Positions 1 to 10,870 of a stretch of DNA of 64,000 nucleotides are shown piece by piece. Origin of the DNA: Octopus sinensis (lineage: Eukaryota). Positions within the stretch are counted from its first letter, which is position 1. Each line of letters opens with the position of its first letter. A model generated the notes under the pieces. The model did not search any database, was not told the DNA's origin, and saw only the letters and a list, made by a program, of their open reading frames with translations. Location of the stretch: NCBI RefSeq assembly GCF_006345805.1, contig NC_042998.1, forward strand, positions 46,438,001-46,502,000. The letters run 5' to 3'. Position numbers and translations under genes: made by a program.

Positions 1-1204
1 TGAAGATGGACAAAATGCTGTTAAACATTTCATTCAGCATTCTGCTAATTCTGCCAGCTCAACTTAAAATAGCTTTACTTATTGATTTCAAATTTTAGCA
101 AAGGGCCAGTCATTTCAGGGGAGGAGCTATGTCAATTGTGCTGATCCCGGTTTTCAACTGGTACATATTTTATCTATCTTGAAAGGATGAAAGGCAAAGT
201 TGACTTCAGCAGCAGAATTTGAATGCAGAACCTAAAGACAGACGAAATGCTGCTAAGCATTTTGCCTGGCAAGCTAATGGTTCTGTCAGCTTGCTGCCTT
301 AAGATATCTTTACATATTGCCATTTACAGATACTTAAGAAATCTTTACATATTGCAAATTTACTTATTATTGATAACTATATAAGTTTTTATTAACGTAT
401 TTGATAGCATATAAAACGCATTATTTTCCAAAAAAATGTCTCAGAAAGTCACCCCAAATTCTATAAGTGAAGTTGGGTCACCCATAAGCTTTAATGCACT
501 AAAAACGTTTTTCATGTATATGTGTTGCTGAAACTGGTATCTGTCTAACGTGCCCTTTGCATCTTTTATGCTCTCAGATACGGTATGTTAGCCTTACAGA
601 TTAAAACTAATTTTATATTAATTTTTCTTGTAAGTATGGGCAGCATAGTTCTTCAAGATATATCATATCTTTTATCTTTTTCTTGCTTCAACCATTAGAT
701 TGTAGCCATACTGGGGTCCCACCTTGAACAATTTTTAGTTGAATGAATCAACCCCAGTGATTAATTTTTTTGCTAAGCCTGGTATTTATTTATTGGTCTT
801 TTTTGCTGAACTGCTAAGTTACAGAGACATAAAGACACCAACACAGACACAAAGATGCACACACAGATATATATATATATATGACGGGCTTCTTCCAGTT
901 TCCATCTACCAAATCTACCCACAAGGCTTTGGTTGGCCTGAGGCTCTTGTAGAAGACACTTGCCCAAGATGTCATGCAGTGAAACTGAACCTGGAATCAT
1001 GTGGTTAGGAAGCAAGCTTCTTATCACAGCCGCGCCTGCAAACTATTGCAAGAATTTTTGGAGGAAGTTTACAAAGGTGGCTTCTGGAATTCGAGCAAAA
1101 TATATATATCTAAAGTGGTTGACCTATCTAACATATGCTACTTTTTGAAAAATGCTTAGAAAGAAAACAGACAACATTTTTAATTATTTAAAAAAATATA
1201 AATA

Positions 1205-1394
1205 CCGTATTTTCTAGCATATAAGTTAAATTTTTCAGACCAAAACATACAGTCAAAAAATGTATGTCGAATTTGGGGGACCAAAAGTTTCATGTAAAAG
1301 GCAGCAGAGTTAGGAAAGATAATGACGATGTTTGAATGTTTACATTACGTGTTTATATTATATGCTATGTTGACTTGTATGCTAGAAAATATGG
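1205..1394. mobile_element. Tc1/mariner-superfamily MITE (Tc2/pogo-like TIR)
   Basis: TA|CCGTATTTTCTAGCATATAAG ... CTTGTATGCTAGAAAATATGG|TA. Confidence 0.75.
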
Positions 1395-1459
1395 TAAAAG
1401 GTAGAGTCTTGTTTTAAAAGTTTCAGTTTTTGAAACTGATTTCTAAATTCTTTTTCCAG

Positions 1460-1597
1460 TTAGTAAAAGAAGCAGCTGCAGACTGGGTGTTTATGCATTG
1501 TCTTCCACGACACAAAGAAGAGGTCTCTGATAGTGTATTCTATGGGAAGAATTCTGTTGTCTGGCAAGAAGCTGAGAACCGAAAGTGGACTGTTATG
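1460..1597 (+). CDS. OTC: Ornithine carbamoyltransferase, penultimate coding exon (46 aa, phase 0/0)
   Basis: Translates [46 protein letters not shown], with the transcarbamylase HCLP motif and the EAENRKWT motif; acceptor ttttttccag| and donor |gtatgg. Confidence 0.96.
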
Positions 1598-1759
1598 GTA
1601 TGGCTCACCTATACATAATCTCTGTCTGTCTGTCTCGCCCTCTGTTTCTCTCTTCTTCCTTTCTCTTTCATTATTTCTCTTGCACTGTGCCTATTTTGGA
1701 GTTTATTGTGATGTAATAGACTTGAAAATAATGTACAAGATGTCACATGTACATATATG

Positions 1760-1950
1760 TCTAACACCCGTGGACATGTTTACAAAGTCAGAAAACAGCA
1801 CAACTCCCATGACTTTCGGAAACATTTTTTCATGCTAAGAGTTGCTGAAGTATGGAACAAACTGCTGGCATCAGTTGTCAGTTGTCGGAGCACTGCATCC
1901 TTCAAAACTTCCATGCTTCCTGTGATTCGTCAACACTACACCTGATTTTC
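1760..1950 (+). mobile_element. CR1-like LINE 3' remnant in OTC intron
   Basis: RGHVYKVRKQHNSHDFRKHFFMLRVAEVWNKL..VV...STASFK, typical CR1 ORF2 C-terminus. Confidence 0.8.
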
Positions 1951-2716
1951 TCCCCTCCATACACACACAAGCATGTATCTGACTCATACACTGTTCACTT
2001 TCCAGACATTTGTACATTACTGCATATGCTTTATATGCATTTTGACAAGTTGTGGTGCACCTGAGCACTGTATACAATAATTTCATTATTATTATTATTA
2101 TGATGTCAAATATCTGTTCTTAGCTTGCTATGACATCATGTATATAGTTTTCTGTAATGCCACACTACATACATATGAGCTCATACATAGAAAATTACCA
2201 TGCTTTTGTGTCTTATTTGTGAACATACATACGTACATACATACATACATGTACACATACACATTCATTCATTCATTCATTCATTCATTCATTCATTCAT
2301 TCATTTATTGTGTCTCCTTGTCTTGACATCATGTGATAGTTGTAATTGGCATCATCATCATACAGATGACATCCTTTGTTTCCTTACTACCATGGAAAGA
2401 TGTCTGGCCATGCAAAAATATTGCCTTGCTTGAAAATGGATGAGGGTTGATGACAAGACAAGCACCTTGCCTCCTGTATAATCCTGTTCAACCCACGCTA
2501 GCATAGATAAATGGATGTTAAGTGAACAAATCAATGAACACCTTTTACTCACCCTCATGTCATTTCTTCCCACCATACTTGAATGGGTTTGCTATCTTTG
2601 CTATGTTTAGCCTCTTGTGGGCAGTAAAGAAATATATCTTTGCAATATAACCTAACACCCATTTAATTTTGCGCTCATCTTATCTCTGGTCTTTTTTCTC
2701 TTTTTTACCTTTCTAG

Positions 2717-2776
2717 GCTGTGATTCATCATTTACTGAAAGACTACCAACCAGTTCATCCACAACCAAATTTCTAA
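2717..2776 (+). CDS. OTC: Ornithine carbamoyltransferase, terminal coding exon (19 aa + stop)
   Basis: Acceptor ttttttacctttctag|; AVIHHLLKDYQPVHPQPNF* aligns with the vertebrate OTC C-terminus AVMVSLLTDYSPQLQKPKF*; in frame with the previous exon. Confidence 0.92.
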   Translation, partial: AVIHHLLKDYQPVHPQPNF

Positions 2777-4751
2777 TTTTCTAAAGCTATTCTACAATGA
2801 ACAACAAAGTAAAAGTAAAAATTGTGATCTAGAATGCAGTTTTAGGGTTTAGGAGTTTTGTTTTGGGTGTTTTGCCATTTAAGTATTCATTTGTATTTAC
2901 TGTTATTATGAAAGAATTTGTTCACAAGTTCTCTCTGTCCACTGAGTTTGCTTCTGATTCTGTTTTATTTATGATGTTAATATTTTTGCTTTTGTTTAAT
3001 ATCTGCAGAGTTGAGATGAGGTGGGATAGAAGAATTGATTGGCATTATTTTTTTGTGAGGTGGCAAGCTAGCATAAGGCAGCAAGCTGGCAGAATTGTTA
3101 GCACATCAAACGAAATGCTGAGTTAGCATTTCTTCTTGCTGTGTATGTTCTGAGTTCATTCTTTGGAGTTGATAAAATAAGTACCAGTCGAACACTGGGA
3201 TTGATGTAATTGACTAAACCTTTTCTTAAAATTGCTGGCTTTGTACCAAAATTGAAGCCGTTATTTTATCTGATGGTCTTACTGTATTATCACTGTTAAG
3301 AAGTATGTGTCAGTTAGGACTGCTCAACCATAAGTACTGATCAGATTTTAAAATTTAGAGAACTATACAGCTTATATTATTTTAATTAAACCTTTCCTTT
3401 TTTTTATTTATAAGGCTGTAAGTTTGAGTCTTATCCTTATTAAACAGAAAGTAAAGTTGGCGAGCTGGTAGAATTGTTAGCATGCTGGACAAAATGCTTA
3501 GCAGTATTTCACTTGTCACTACGTTCTGAGTTCGAATTCTGCTGAGGTCAACTTTACCTTTTATCCTTTCAGGGTCGATAAATTAAGTACCAGTTGAGTA
3601 CTGGGGTTGATATAATCAACTATCCTCCTCCCCCAAATTTCAGGCTTTGTGCCTATAATAGAAAAGAAAGTGATGAGCTAGCAGAATTGTTAGCATATTG
3701 GACAAAACATTTAATGGTATTTCATCCATCTTAATGTTCTGAGTTCAAATTCTGCCAAAGTTGACTTTGCCTTTCATAATTTTGAGGTCGATAAAATAAG
3801 TATCAGTTGAACACTAGGGTTGATGTAATTGACTTATCTCACACCACAAAATTGCTGGCTTTGCACCAAAATTTGAATCCACTATTATTCAGAGGTAAGA
3901 AAGTGAACAAAAAGTAAGATATTTGAATGATAAAAGGGTAAAAATAAAATGTATTATATTTCTAAGGGATTACGGATTGATTTGTTCATTCATTCAATAT
4001 ATTTGGCGATTAACTGTAGTCTTGAAAGAAACTTCTCAGAATCATATAGTTGATAGAGATAATAGTGTGAAAAACACCAGCATTGTCAGCTTATAGCACA
4101 TGAGACTGGTTGTTGCAGCAACAATACTTTGAAAAAATGTACACAAGTTGCAGTTCAACACCCAGAGCTATGTTTACCACTGTAGGATAAAGAGGTAATT
4201 TTTCAAGGGCTAGTATATTCATACCTGAACATGTTCTCTCAACACCTGTTATCTAGACCTAAATTTCTGATGAAAGCTTTCTGGGATCAGCTATTAAATA
4301 TTGTACAAGTTTGCTGAAGTTTGCTATCAGTCGTTTCATATCTGGAAACCTCGTGACATACTTAGATTGCTGAAAAAATCGATAATACGGACCCTGGCAG
4401 TTTCATCAAAATCAATAAAACGATGTAGGTGGAGTTATCTAACAACACCACATCGGAGACACCTTCTGTCACAAATGACCATGGAATTGCACCTAGAAAG
4501 TTACCCCCCGAGGCACAAGTCCGGGCAAGGTTGCTTATGGAAGACCAGCAGCCGGCCATGCGTATGAGCCTCCCCTCTCCACGCCACTGATGTTATCCAA
4601 GGGAAAGGCAAAAGTCGATACAGCTTGGCACATACGTATATATATATAATCATATCTATATATATATATGTACATATATACATACACACATATGCATATA
4701 TATAATCATATATATATATGTGTGTGTGTACACATATATACATACACACAC

Positions 4752-4802
<51 letters not shown>

Positions 4803-4854
4803 TATATATGGAAAAAGTCATGGTAGAAAATGCTAAAATAATTTTATAAAAAAC

Positions 4855-4898
4855 ATTTCATACCGGTTTCAGTCATTGAGACTTTTTCAACTGTAAAT
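4855..4898 (-). ncRNA. Mirror-copy hammerhead (U3-A8), stem I damaged
   Basis: Minus strand AUUU-A-CAG UUGAAAA AGUC-UCAAU-GACU GAAA CCGG UA UGAAAU; lacks the C after the cleavage site seen in the 5448 copy. Confidence 0.6.
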
Positions 4899-4961
4899 AT
4901 GGGAAACAATTAAATTTTGGAAAAATTAAAAGAAAAGTCTTTTAAAAAGAATATTTGCATA

Positions 4962-5373
4962 GGCGCAGGAGTGGCTGTGTGTAAGTAGCTTGCTAACCAA
5001 CCTCATGGTTCCGGGTTCAGTCCCACTGCGTGCATCTTGGCAAGTGTCTTCTGCTATAGCCCCGCCGACCATGCCTTGTGAGTGTTTGGTAGACGGAAAC
5101 TGAAAGAAGCCTGTCGTATATATATATATATATATATATATAAATATATGTATGTGTGTGTTTGTCCCCCTAGCATTGCTTGACAACCGATGCTGGTGTG
5201 TTTACGTCCCCGTCACTTAGCGGTTCGGCAAAAAGAGATCGATAGAATAAGTACTGGGCTTACAAAGAATAAGTCCTGGGGTCGATTTGCTCGACTAAAG
5301 GCGGTGCTCCAGCATGGCCTCAGTCAAATGACTGAAACAAGTAAAAGAGTAAAAGAGTAAAGAGAAAAGAGAG
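4962..5373 (+). mobile_element. SINE family B (CORE-like, internal microsatellite), full-length exemplar
   Basis: tRNA-like head ggcgcaggagtggctgtg..ggttcagtccc; CORE-like cttggcaagtgtctt; (AAAAGAGT)n tail; TSD tatttgcata/tatttgaata. Other copies about 665-1037(-), 14480-14620, 20440-20610(-), 24850-25205(-), 26900-27130, 32880-33120, 37040-37275, 40200-40340(-), 41960-42350(-), 51940-52350(-). Confidence 0.9.
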
Positions 5374-5447
5374 TATTTGAATACTATGCAAATATTCTTT
5401 TAAAAAAACTTTTCTTTTAATTTTTCCAAAATTTAATTGTTTCCCAT

Positions 5448-5492
5448 ATTTACAGTTGAAAAAGTCTCAATGATTGAAACCGGTACTGAAAT
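5448..5492 (+). ncRNA. Minimal type I hammerhead ribozyme, U3-A8 variant
   Basis: AUUU-A-CAG / UUGAAAA / AGUC-UCAAU-GAUU / GAAA / CCGG / UA^ / CUG-AAAU; predicted GUA cleavage after 5485; palindromic ACCGGU stem III. Confidence 0.75.
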
Positions 5493-5629
5493 CTTTTTTA
5501 TTTTAGCATTTTCTACCTTGACTTTTTTTCCATATATATTAACTCGTGTGTTACTTTTCAACCTTGTAAATATATATATATATACATCAAAACAAATCAA
5601 AATAGATGAACATCAATGGAATTTGTATC

Positions 5630-6020
5630 TTTGTGGTACCAGTGCCGGTGGCACACAAGAAAACCATCCGAACGTGGCCGTAGCCATTACCGCATCGACT
5701 GGCCTCCGTGCTGCAGGCACGTAACAACACATCCGATCGTGGCCGTTCGCCAGCCTCATCTGGCACCTGTGTCGGTGGCACATAAAAACACCATCCAAGC
5801 GTGGCCGTCTGCCAGCCTCGTCTGGCACCTGTGTCGGTGGCACATAAAATCACCACTACCTCTCTCGAGTGGTTGGCGTTAGGAAGGGCATCCAGCTGTA
5901 GAAACACTGCCAGATCTGACTGGCCTGGTGCAGCCTTCGGGCTTGCCAGACCCCAGTTGAACCGTCACCCATGCTAGCATGGAAAACGGACGCTAAATGA
6001 ATGATGATGAATGATGATAT
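5630..6020 (+). mobile_element. Repeat family D with internal 62-bp tandem units and (GAT)n tail
   Basis: tggcacctgtgtcggtggcacataaaa at 5761 and 5823; gagtggttggcgttaggaagggcatccagc; inverted copy about 33178-33455. Confidence 0.8.
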
Positions 6021-6917
6021 ATAATCATTTAACGTCTACTGTGTGTAACGAAGGGAACCCCACAACAAAGCAACTTATACTACGTTAGACAGTTTACACA
6101 TATTAACAGCTAGCGTAAACCATCCCTAATTTCTTTGGATTCTATTATTTGCTGCGCTTCTCTCTGTCATATAGTAAATCTTTTAGTAGCTATTCATTCA
6201 TCAGTCAAACTGTCTTGCAGTCTATAATTATTATCTACTTTATCGACTTGCCTTTGTGTGATATGTATTTATCTATCTCCTAAGGACGGCGATCTGACAG
6301 AATCGACAGACCGGCGAAATCCTGCCGAGGTCAATTTTTTTGCCTTTCAGTTTTATTTTGGAGTCGACAAAATAAAGTACCAGTCATGTACTGGTATCGA
6401 TGGTATGAACTAACCCTTCACTTCAAAATTACTGACCTTGTGCCTAAATCAGAAACCATTTATCTGTCTCTTCTCTCTTCTGTCTATCTTTGTTTTTTGT
6501 CTGTCTGTAGTCTCTCTGTTTGTGTGTATATTTTTACGTAAAGCTTAGTCAGATGATGAAGAACTGTGATTAAGACCTAGACAGAGCACTCCGAGAATGT
6601 CGTAGTGAGAAGGAATAACCACAACTCATCAAGGCATCGAGTTATTCTCAGGCCCCGAGACTTGGTATACATCAAGTATTGAGTTATCCTGACACCCAGA
6701 GACCTGGTCTAAACGCTTGCAACAGGATAGACAATGCTAAGCTATCTATTAGACAAATGACGGTCTTTAAAAAGATGAAGATTTCGGTCAATCATATCCC
6801 AAAACACCTCGATAAGGTCCAGTTCTTGTGTTGTCACCACTCGTGTGCCTCAATCATCCTGAGAGCTATGCCAGCAGAATGCAAACTCCTGATAGGGCTT
6901 CATTTACTGGACACGTG

Positions 6918-7175
6918 GGTACTACTTAAGAACAGTGGTCCCGGTGCGCGCACTCGCGCATCCGCGCTAGCTAGTCATGACTAGTCGATCCTTTGTGTTT
7001 TTGTGTTTTATTTACTTTGTTTAACAAAAATTATTTACTTTCTGTAAAAAAATCATTTATTTTGTGTTTTATTTACTTTGTACTTACGTTGTAGGATCGA
7101 CTAGTCACGACTAGCTAGCGTGGATGCGCGAATACGCGAGTGCGCTCACCGGGACCACTGTTCTTGAGTAGTACC
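6918..7175. mobile_element. 258-bp MITE with ~75-83 bp TIRs, GG..CC ends and 8-bp TSD (Merlin-like)
   Basis: Arms 6918-6992 and 7093-7175 are reverse complements; flanks GACACGTG (6910-6917) and GACACGCG (7176-7183). Confidence 0.7.
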
Positions 7176-7461
7176 GACACGCGAAAGGCTAGAGGCCAGA
7201 ATAATATGGACAACCTCATCGCAGAGGTAAAAATTGGTTTTCGTAGGGTAAATACTCCTGTCTAGAAAAAAAAAAAAAAATCGAAGTTACAGTAGTATCG
7301 ATGGCAGTTGAGATTCAACAAGAACGGAAGAGAAAGGTTTTCAATCGGGGAGTGAGTTGGGGAGGGAACATGACTCGATGCAGCAAAATCCGAAAAGGCC
7401 TTAACCGGAAACTTACAAACGAAGAAGAGGACAAAAAACAAAGAAACAAACAAAAAAAAAG

Positions 7462-7554
7462 ATGGTCCAGAGTCAAGAACAGCGGAGAAAAGTTGTCGAT
7501 GGCCTACGCTCCATAAGGAGAGCAAGGCTAAAGCAAACAAACATTCAAAGACAG
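7462..7554 (+). CDS. Candidate first coding exon of an unidentified gene (31 aa)
   Basis: ATG-initiated MVQSQEQRRKVVDGLRSIRRARLKQTNIQRQ ending at CAG|GTAAAA; in-frame stop upstream; GC/CpG-richer than flanks; no family recognised. Confidence 0.3.
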
Positions 7555-7759
7555 GTAAAAATCTGACGAACTTCTGCACACCACCACCACCATCACCACC
7601 GCCGTCGCCGCCGCCATTACAACAACAGCAACTAACTCATAATTCGGACAATCCCCTCATAAACGAATATCTTTCATACCTCATTCCTTTCCTTCCTTCT
7701 TTTTGTCTTTCTTTGATTCTATTTTTTCGTAATCATACGTTTTTTTTTCTCTCGGTTAA

Positions 7760-8930
7760 AAAATTCTTCCTTCACCTCTCATTATTTATCAATCATTTCG
7801 TGTTTCTGTCTGTCTGTCTCTCTCTCTCTCTCACACACACACACACTCACACATACACACACACACACATTATCCATCCATTTAGTTTTCTGTCATATAT
7901 CTCCTCCCCAACCACCACCTTCCTCTCACCCCCTCTCTCTCTCTTTCTCCCTCCCACCACTAAAGTCCTGTCGTCTGCTATTAGTGATTCTTCACCAGGC
8001 CACTTAATGATTCACTGTATTCTCTTCATCCACCCTTTCTCTTTTTCTAGGTCTCTCTCACCATTTATGTCTCTCTCTCTCTCACCATTTGTTTGTGGGG
8101 TCAACCACGTCCTCCGCTTCATTTTTTGTTAATCACTCATTCTCATTTAATTGTATATATTTTAATTGTTTGTTTATTCATATGTTTTGTCTCATTCGAT
8201 ACCCTGACTCCAACGTTTTTTTTGTCCCCTCTTTTTCTCAACCTTATGGTGAATAAAGAAATACTCTCTCTCACCATTTATGTCTCTCTCTCTCTCACCA
8301 TTTATCTCTCTCTCTCTCACCTTCTATCTCTCTCTCTCACTCTCTTTCTCTCCGCCAGCCCTGTCGTCTGTAACTCTTCACTGGGTTACTTAATGATTCG
8401 TTGCCTCGTAACGTTTGTCCCGCCTCTCTCCTCTCTGCTTCTGTCTGTCTGTCTGTCTTTCTCTCTCCCCCATTCATCCCTCTCCTCTTTACTCCCTTTC
8501 CTTCTCTCTTACTCTTTATCATTAACTCACTACCTTCCATTCTCTTTCTTTCTCTTGGCTTCTTTATTTCTTTCTCCCACTCACATACTCCCTCTATACC
8601 GCACCTCCTCCTCCTCATCCTTTCCCGTCCTCTCCCTTACTCCCTCCTCTTTCCTTCCCGCCTTCTCCCCCTCTCGTTCCCACTCTTCTCCCTCCCACTC
8701 CATACCCTCCTCCCCTCCTCTCCCCCACTCTCACCTCTTCTTCTTCACTCTCCCTTCTCATCCTTTCACCTCTTCTCTCAGTCCACATCCTCTTTCTCTC
8801 ACTTTTCCTGCTCTATTGAACCCCACCTCCCTTTCCCCTCTGTTCATTTTCGTCTTTTACTCTTTCTATTCTATCCATTTTCACCTTGTTCTTTTCTCCA
8901 ACATCTTTCTTCTTCCCACCATTGCTTAAA
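7760..8930. repeat. CT-rich low-complexity tract with degenerate internal duplication
   Basis: Polypyrimidine runs; cctgtcgtctg..cttcac..acttaatgattc at about 7967 and 8360. Confidence 0.85.
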
Positions 8931-9499
8931 CCTTAACTCTCCATACGGTAGTTCTTTTTGCAGCCAAACTACTAAACAATATCATAATTAAATGAATATT
9001 ACTTGAAAATTCGAACAAAAAAAAAAAATACGAAACGAAACGAAACAAAAAAAAATAACGTGTCTTATCTTGCTTAAGAAAAATTCTCTGTTCTAGGATA
9101 GGGCCACATTAAATGTAAACGTTACAAAACTGTTTTTTAATCTATCCTTGAAACATTTTGATAAATGACTATTCGGGTCAGAGAGATGAAAACAAAATTA
9201 ACATTCCATTGGAAAGAAACAAAAATGGAGAAAAAAAGAAAATGTCCGCACTTTGACATTTCAGGAAGTAAAAAAAAAGCGGACATTCTTGTAATCGCGA
9301 AGTATTTACAATTGTTTAATAACATTAGTCAAAGAATTGATGTAATAGTGATATTAAATCCGTGTCTTGTTCCAATGGATTTTATATGGTATGGTTGTTA
9401 GAAACGAATATTAAGGAATAGGCGTAGGCATAGCTGTTTGGTTAATAAGTTCGGCTTTGTAACCATTTGGTTTTGAGTTCAGTCCCACTGCGAGAGACT

Positions 9500-9922
9500 G
9501 ATCTTTTCGGTTTGAACGGCAGTTTTTTCTAGTGGTGTCATATGAAATTGTTACCCATAATTATGACCCTAGTATCGATCTATTGCATTTCAATCTGTTT
9601 TAGGGTTAGGGTTAGGGGTGGGGGGGAAGAGTATCTTTTTTTCTTCACAAATGTAAATAAACCCAATCTGTTTCTTAAACGAGGGACATATTCATACGGC
9701 ACAGAATGTTTTTTCTTTACCTCATTAGACGTCAGTGATTGGTTGAAATTGCAGAAATTGAAGAAAAAAAACAACAACAAATATCTTACAAACCATAGAA
9801 TTTTCTCAATAAAGCCAAGAGAAAAAGATGTTTTATAAACACATTCTACCAGTATACGAAGTTTAAAATTTTTTAGTTACCTAGAAATTATGTTAAAAAC
9901 TGCCGTTCAAACCGAAAAGATC
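9500..9922. mobile_element. MITE with ~28-bp TIR (GATCTTTTCGGTTTGAACGGCAGTTTTT), inserted in a SINE head
   Basis: TIR at 9500 and its reverse complement ending 9922; internal TAGGGTTAGGGTTAGGG. Confidence 0.8.
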
Positions 9923-10244
9923 CAGTGTTTTCAATAATAAACACAGGCCAACCATTGCCTTGTGAAATGAGTGAAGTTCATCGACGGAAAGTGAGTGGAA
10001 GCCACTTGTGTATACGCGTGTGTGTGTGTGTGTTGGAATAAAAGTACATACAGGCGAACAAGTGGTATCTGTTCAGATTGTGACATTTATATATTTATAC
10101 AACGCATGTATGGAGAAAAGAATACTTAGGAAGTTTAAATAACAAGAGATCAATAAATTTCTTGAGTATTTATCTTACGCCACCAGGCATAAATATTATC
10201 TGAAATTCACATACATACATACATACATACATACATACATACAT

Positions 10245-10302
<58 letters not shown>

Positions 10303-10304
<2 letters not shown>

Positions 10305-10870
10305 CGCTAAATTCGAGTGTCCCCAAATGTAGCTGACTCAGTAGCGAAGACTGCGGAATACATCCAGCTCAAAAACATTTAAAGATTACGATTAGCAAAA
10401 AAGAGATCAGTGCAGACGACCTTCGAATGCCGTATAGTATCACTCAGTCAGCACCTGCTAAAGAACAGCAGCAAAAATAAATATAATGACACAGTCCTGA
10501 AAAGTGAAGTGAGCAACATTGTACGAGTTGGCAGTGAACTCCTCAAAAAACACTCTCTTCCTGATGATCTCCTATACAGCCCCAAAACAGCTGGGCTCTC
10601 TTATATCAGAGAAGACCTGGATGGAAAGCACTCAGCATACAAAAGAATTAAAAAAGACCATGTCTCGGTATATTACCCGGAAGCTTGAAGAAGGTAGTAG
10701 AATTGACACGAAGCGCAGCCTCTCTTGGACACAAGACTACTATATCACATCACACTTTGCAGGCTATGCGCTTGCAGCCCAGAAACAGATTATCACAGGG
10801 TATCTGGTGAATAAGAGAGACAGTAACGTTCTTGTAATCCCAAGGTGCAACTGCATGTGTAGGTTACGTC
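10303..10870 (+). mobile_element. Decayed non-LTR retrotransposon fragment (R4/Dong-like, post-RT region)
   Basis: LYSPKTAGL.. then GYALAAQKQIITGYLVNKRD..C resemble the LYLPR.EGG and A.Q.Q...CR.C motifs of RLE-clade LINEs; frameshifted. Confidence 0.6.

Larger units (their letters stand above)
4803..5538. repeat. ~155-bp inverted repeat arms (4803-4962 / 5384-5538) split by a SINE
   Basis: Right arm is the near-perfect reverse complement of the left; each arm carries an HHR. Confidence 0.9.

Noticed and set aside
5630-5850. Regularly spaced ~62-bp repeats resembling a CRISPR array
   Set aside because: Eukaryotic context, no cas genes, spacers are themselves homologous, and the region is part of a dispersed repeat (copy at 33178)
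8093-8991. Long ORFs of 196-278 aa
   Set aside because: Translation of the CT-rich low-complexity tract; no splice or domain signal
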